A stretch of DNA of 52,285 nt, taken from assembly GCA_030747605.1 (NCBI GenBank), contig JASLKL010000001.1, positions 12,500 to 64,784 on the forward strand, given 5' to 3'. The stretch's first letter is position 1. Each line of letters begins with the position of its first letter. Source of the stretch: Verrucomicrobiota bacterium. GTDB taxonomy: Bacteria > Verrucomicrobiota > Verrucomicrobiia > Limisphaerales > UBA1096. The notes under the pieces are model-generated. The model was given only the letters and a program-made list of their open reading frames with translations. It was not told the origin of the DNA and ran no database searches. Of the stretch, positions 47,771-52,285 are shown piece after piece. A program made the position numbers and the translations under genes.

Positions 47771-48235
47771 ATGCCACAAGATAACAAACAGCTGTGCAAA
47801 GATGAGGTATACTCAATAGTCGGATGTGCAATCGATGTTCTTAACAGTGTTGGAGCCGGATTGCCTGAAGCAGCTTATGAGAATGCCTTGGCTATTGAGC
47901 TCAAAGAACGAGGTATACCATTTGAGCAAAACAAAGACTTCGAACTTAAGTACAAAGAACAGCTGATCGGACAGCTTGAAACCAAGCTAGTAGTCTTCGA
48001 CCAAGTGATCGTTGACTTTCGAGTTGAAGATCGAATTAATCACCACGATCGAAACCAACTGATCAACCAACTTAAAATTTCCGAACTCGAAGTCGGAATT
48101 ATATTAAATTTTAAGCGTCCAAAATTGGAATGGGAACGCTTTGTCTTCACTCGTCGCCCACCAGACAGCGAAAATGAAGAGTCGGAAGAGGAATTGAACG
48201 AAATTTACGACGTCGAAAACGATGATTCAATTTAG
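47771..48235 (+). CDS. GxxExxY family protein (PD-(D/E)XK-like fold) with an acidic C-terminal tail
   Basis: GLPEAAYENALAIELKERGIPFEQ contains the G..E..Y signature. The rest follows the family pattern (VVFDQVIVDFRVE, GIILNF). It ends in an extra tail, PPDSENEESEEELNEIYDVENDDSI. Confidence 0.65.
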   Translation: MPQDNKQLCKDEVYSIVGCAIDVLNSVGAGLPEAAYENALAIELKERGIPFEQNKDFELKYKEQLIGQLETKLVVFDQVIVDFRVEDRINHHDRNQLINQLKISELEVGIILNFKRPKLEWERFVFTRRPPDSENEESEEELNEIYDVENDDSI

Positions 48236-48269
48236 AACCTTAATATCTGAGAATCTTCCTTTAACGACC

Positions 48270-49304
48270 TCAGTGCGTTTCAAATTTTGAATCAGGAAGA
48301 TAGCGACGATGGTTTTCCACAGTAGCTGGGTGAACTTCAACGAAATGACCAGGCTTAATCTCCATAAACACTCCATCTAGCTCAGCATCTTTGGGTGAAT
48401 GAGGAATCCAACTTCTCAATGCAAATGAACATCCCTTCGGGGGGTTAATCGGAGATGGGGGGTCACCTTGAAGCACAATTCTTTTTCGGCTTCGTTCCGA
48501 CTTTGGATCTAATGTTGGAATCGCACTTATTAATGCCTGAGTATAGGCATGAACTGGATCCGCCATAACCTCAGTAGCTTCGCCTAATTCAACAATTTTA
48601 CCCAAGTACATCACAGCAATTCGATCAGCCATATATTTCACAACTGATAAATCATGGGAGATAAAAATCATAGTCAACCCCATACTTTGAATTAACTCCT
48701 TCAACAAGTTTAACACCTGGGATTGAATAGAAACATCCAATGCCGAAACCGGTTCGTCCGCGATAATTAACTTAGGTTCAGGCGCAAGAGCCCTTGCTAT
48801 TGCTATTCTCTGTCGTTGACCTCCGGAAAACTCGTGGGGGTACTTATTCATCTGCGACGCAGACAGACCAACCTTAACCATCAATTGCCCTACAGCATCC
48901 TTCAATTCGTTACCTCGCAATTTATGCCGAACCCTAATTGCTTCAGACAAAGTATCAAAAACTGTTAACCGAGGATTTAGCGAAGCAAATGGATCCTGAA
49001 AAATCATTTGGAAATTGGGACGCATTGCACGCAATTCCTTTTCAGGTAATAAAGTTAAATCCTTTCCTTCGAGTAAAATTTTTCCAGAAGTAGGACGAAT
49101 CAACTGCATAATCGCTCTTGAGAGCGTGGTCTTTCCACATCCAGACTCTCCTACCAAACCCAAAACTTCACCCTTTACAAGAGAAAGGCTGACTCCATCA
49201 ACAGCTTTTACATACTGCGTTTCCCTATTGCTGAACAAAGATTTCCGCAACGGAAACCAAGATCGAACCTCCTGTATTTCAAGAAAAGGATCCTGAAGAC
49301 TCAT
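48270..49304 (-). CDS. peptide ABC transporter ATP-binding protein (OppF/DppF-like)
   Basis: Walker A GESGCGKT, signature FSGGQRQR, Walker B LIIADEP, and a C-terminal oligopeptide-transporter extension. Confidence 0.9.
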   Translation of the reverse strand: MSLQDPFLEIQEVRSWFPLRKSLFSNRETQYVKAVDGVSLSLVKGEVLGLVGESGCGKTTLSRAIMQLIRPTSGKILLEGKDLTLLPEKELRAMRPNFQMIFQDPFASLNPRLTVFDTLSEAIRVRHKLRGNELKDAVGQLMVKVGLSASQMNKYPHEFSGGQRQRIAIARALAPEPKLIIADEPVSALDVSIQSQVLNLLKELIQSMGLTMIFISHDLSVVKYMADRIAVMYLGKIVELGEATEVMADPVHAYTQALISAIPTLDPKSERSRKRIVLQGDPPSPINPPKGCSFALRSWIPHSPKDAELDGVFMEIKPGHFVEVHPATVENHRRYLPDSKFETH

Positions 49305-50293
49305 TTCAAATACTCCTTATAGTTTTCAACTGAAGCAGGATGAACCTCCACCCAGTGCCCTGGTTGCACTTCCAAAAACTGAGCCTGCATTCGAGATTCT
49401 TCTTCAGTAAACTTCAAATCACTTCGAGGCGCAAAAGCACAGGCTAACTTGGGGCCGATAGGCTGAGGAGGCGCTCCTGGAATGGTATAAAGCTTACTAC
49501 CCTTCTCTTGAGTAGATGGAATCGATTTCTTCAACCCGCGTGTATAAGCATGGTGTGCTCGATAAAAAATATCATCTGCTGTTCCAGACTCAACGACTGT
49601 CCCAGAATACATAACACTAACACGATCACAAAAACCCGAGATAACTCCAAGATCATGGGTGATCAATATGACAGCCATCCCAAGTTCATTTTGCATCTTA
49701 CGAATCAATTCAAGAATCTGCGCCTGCACAGTCACGTCCAACGCTGTGGTTGGCTCATCGGCGATTAACAAGTCCGGTTTAGTTATTAATGCCATAGCAA
49801 TCATGATCCGTTGCCTCATCCCCCCAGAAAATTCATGGGGGTGCATACTATAGCGTTTTATTGCATCAGGAATCCCAACAGCGTTCATCATTTCTATTGC
49901 ACGCTCTCGAGCCTGAGCCTTATCACATATTTTGTGAATTAAGAGAGGCTCAATCAACTGATCTCCAATTCGAATATAAGGATTCAATGATGTCATCGGA
50001 TCCTGAAAAATCATCGAAATCTTTCGAGCACGAATCTGATTTAAATCGCGCTTTGTCATCTGGAGCAAATCCACCCCATCAAATATCGCTGTCCCCGATA
50101 CAATTCTACCTGGTGGCTCTGGTATCAAACGTAAAAGCGAATAACATGTCACAGATTTTCCCGAACCAGACTCTCCAACAATACCGAGCGTCTCACCCTT
50201 CTCAAGACTCAACGAAACGCCATCAACTGCACGAACCGTGCCTTGGCGCGTATCAAAATACGTAGCAAGATTTTCTACCTTTAAAAGAGACAT
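49301..50293 (-). CDS. peptide ABC transporter ATP-binding protein (OppD/DppD-like)
   Basis: Walker A GESGSGKS, signature FSGGMRQR, Walker B LLIADEPTT. The start is taken at MSLLKVENL (50293). There is a 4-nt overlap with the downstream ATPase gene. Confidence 0.9.
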   Translation of the reverse strand: MSLLKVENLATYFDTRQGTVRAVDGVSLSLEKGETLGIVGESGSGKSVTCYSLLRLIPEPPGRIVSGTAIFDGVDLLQMTKRDLNQIRARKISMIFQDPMTSLNPYIRIGDQLIEPLLIHKICDKAQARERAIEMMNAVGIPDAIKRYSMHPHEFSGGMRQRIMIAMALITKPDLLIADEPTTALDVTVQAQILELIRKMQNELGMAVILITHDLGVISGFCDRVSVMYSGTVVESGTADDIFYRAHHAYTRGLKKSIPSTQEKGSKLYTIPGAPPQPIGPKLACAFAPRSDLKFTEEESRMQAQFLEVQPGHWVEVHPASVENYKEYLK

Positions 50294-50465
50294 CCCAAAT
50301 CTAAAACCTACCAACAACCATAATCGATTGGCTTCAGTTTCGGGGACAGAGAAACCAAAAATTAGCCATAGAGCAATAAGTAAAAAAATCTGTAAAAATA
50401 ACAGCTGCCATATAATCTCCCCTTCCACCTTTAAATTTGTAATCGATTATTCTCAAATAAAGACA

Positions 50466-52285
50466 ATGATTCATCGAATTTTTATCCCAATCCTGAGTAT
50501 TACTTGGGCACTTAACGCCATATATGCAACTCAAGCTGAACACATACACGGCATTCACTGCAATCATGGTGCCAGCGTTTGGTCCAGTATTGACTCTCCA
50601 TCACAGCGCTATGCTCCAGATAGAGCAGTCGACATTCAGCATTTCGAACTCGACGTCACTCCAGACTTTAAAAATAGGCGAGTATCAGGAAAGGCAACAT
50701 TCACATTTCAACCAATAATAAAACCACTATTAGAATTGAGACTGGACGCTCATGATCTTGAAATTCGAACGGTAAACAGCAGCTATGATATTGCCGCTTG
50801 GCAAAATACTGATCGTGCACTGATTGTAACATTCAATAAGCCGATCGACCCCAAGACTGAAGCAAAACTAACCGTAACTTATGAAGCCGAGCCGAAAAAA
50901 GGACTCTACTTCCGCACGCCTGAAATGGGTTATGATCCTGGCGATACGCACATATGGACCCAAGGCGAATCGATCGAGGCAAGACACTGGTTTCCATGTT
51001 TCGACGCCCCCAACGAATTCTTTACATCAACAATGACCTGCCGAGTGCCTGCCGAAATGACTGTTCTGTCAAATGGCCGGAAAATCTCCGACAGAATTAA
51101 CGAAAAAACTAAGCTTCGGGTTGTTAAATGGAGCCAAGAAAAACCGCATGTAAACTATCTCATTACGCTCGTCGCCGGCTATTTCAAACGACTCGAGGAG
51201 AAACACGGTGAGTTATCTATGTCATTCTGGACAGCACCATCTGACTTCGCTAACGCTGCTAACTCCTTCCGCTACACCAAGGAATGCATGGAGTATTTTG
51301 AAAAAGAAATCGGCGTGCCATATCCGTGGGCCAAGTACGACCAAGTCACTGTACAGGACTTTCACTGGGGAGGGATGGAGAACACCAGCATCAGCACACT
51401 AAATGCTTCAACACTTTTTAGTATTGAATCGGAAAATATCCGTAGCAGCCAAGGCCTTATGGCACACGAACTAGCCCATCAATGGTTTGGCGATCTCGTA
51501 ACTTGCAAGGACTGGAGTCAGCTCTGGCTTAATGAGGGCTTTGCAACCTATTACACACATTTGTTTGCCGGACACAAGGACGGCATTGACGAGTTCCGGT
51601 ACGGATTATACCGAGATCTGAAGCGCCTTGGAAACCACAGGGGAGACACCACAGCAATGGTGAATCGTAATTATAAAATTCCTCAGGAAATGTTCCGTAA
51701 ATACGGCTTCCTCTCCTACACCAAGGGCAGCTGGATATTGCACATGCTACGCTCTCAACTTGGACCAGATTTATTTCGAAAATGCGTAAAAACATACCTT
51801 AACCGCCACCAACACGGCAACGTTGTTACGGAAGATTTGAGATCAATAATCGAGGAGTATTCTGGCCGTTCATTCGACCGTTTCTTCGATCAGTACGTAT
51901 TTCACGCACACCATCCCGAACTCAAAATCTCTTACGCTTGGGATGAGAAAGCCAAACTCGCCAAATTAAGCGTGCAACAAACTCAAAAGATAGACAACAA
52001 CGTGCTCCTCTTCCACGTGACATTGCCAGTGAGATTTAAAATCGATGGCGAATCATTCAATCAAGTTTTACCGATCACTAAGTTATCCGAGGATTTTTAC
52101 TTACCACTACCTAAGCCACCTAAAATTATCCGAATAGATCCCGATCTGACCTTGTTGGCTAAAATTAACTTTGCCCCACCCACTGCACAGATTCACGCAC
52201 AACTAGCAGATGACACCGATGCACTTGGCCGACAAAAAGCTGTCGAGCTATTAGCCAAACGAAAAGACAAAACGACCATCGAAAA
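50466..52285 (+). CDS. pepN: M1 family aminopeptidase N; 3' end runs off the window
   Basis: The plus-strand frame is open from the ATG at 50466 to the window end, so it is absent from the track. My translation has a signal-like N-terminus, MIHRIFIPILSITWALNAIYA, then the GGMEN exopeptidase motif and HELAHQWFG...WLNEGFA zinc site. Confidence 0.9.
   Translation, partial: MIHRIFIPILSITWALNAIYATQAEHIHGIHCNHGASVWSSIDSPSQRYAPDRAVDIQHFELDVTPDFKNRRVSGKATFTFQPIIKPLLELRLDAHDLEIRTVNSSYDIAAWQNTDRALIVTFNKPIDPKTEAKLTVTYEAEPKKGLYFRTPEMGYDPGDTHIWTQGESIEARHWFPCFDAPNEFFTSTMTCRVPAEMTVLSNGRKISDRINEKTKLRVVKWSQEKPHVNYLITLVAGYFKRLEEKHGELSMSFWTAPSDFANAANSFRYTKECMEYFEKEIGVPYPWAKYDQVTVQDFHWGGMENTSISTLNASTLFSIESENIRSSQGLMAHELAHQWFGDLVTCKDWSQLWLNEGFATYYTHLFAGHKDGIDEFRYGLYRDLKRLGNHRGDTTAMVNRNYKIPQEMFRKYGFLSYTKGSWILHMLRSQLGPDLFRKCVKTYLNRHQHGNVVTEDLRSIIEEYSGRSFDRFFDQYVFHAHHPELKISYAWDEKAKLAKLSVQQTQKIDNNVLLFHVTLPVRFKIDGESFNQVLPITKLSEDFYLPLPKPPKIIRIDPDLTLLAKINFAPPTAQIHAQLADDTDALGRQKAVELLAKRKDKTTIE

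Noticed and set aside
50294-50428. The hydrophobic 45-codon N-terminal extension of the OppD-like ORF (MEGEIIWQLLFLQIFLLIALWLIF...) considered as a possible membrane anchor.
   Set aside because: ABC ATPases of this family start at M..LL.V.NL, which is present at 50293. The extension lies in the AT-rich divergent promoter region that carries the TAATCGATT motifs.

Overview
This is a 52.3-kb, gene-dense chromosomal segment with about 47 protein-coding genes on both strands, short spacers and several 4-8 nt start/stop overlaps. By eye I found no rRNA, tRNA, CRISPR array, transposase, integrase, phage or plasmid genes. Several features point to a PVC-superphylum genome, probably Verrucomicrobiota-like (inference only): a PEP-CTERM protein, Tat-exported xylose-isomerase-like TIM barrel and SMP-30 proteins, sorbosone-dehydrogenase-like propellers (one fused to CxxCH haem domains), and a Rieske/cytochrome b with a fused dihaem c domain. 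Most of the window is ordinary core metabolism: der, tilS, thiH, thiG, queD, folK, trpF, gltA, ndk, yggS, lysA, heptose genes, araB, a peptide ABC transporter, pepF and pepN. Two genes run off the window and are missing from the ORF track: der (1..1664, minus) and an M1 aminopeptidase (50466..52285, plus). Five things are not explained by housekeeping. (i) A perfect 15-bp tandem array at the left edge adds a (KASKS)n tail to Der. (ii) A tightly packed five-gene operon at 24.4-30.1 kb, plus a divergent lactonase, mixes exported copper, propeller and TIM-barrel proteins with a LarA-like and an SDR enzyme. This is my best candidate for an undescribed functional module. (iii) A secreted-protein cassette at 42.2-43.5 kb includes a PEP-CTERM protein. 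(iv) A degenerate GxxExxY (PD-(D/E)XK-like) gene sits between the convergent halves of the opp-like transporter. (v) A near-palindromic TAATCGATTG motif recurs. I see no convincing defence or mobile system. All calls come from motif recognition in the translations and reading the DNA. No database search, HMM, folding or composition statistics were run.
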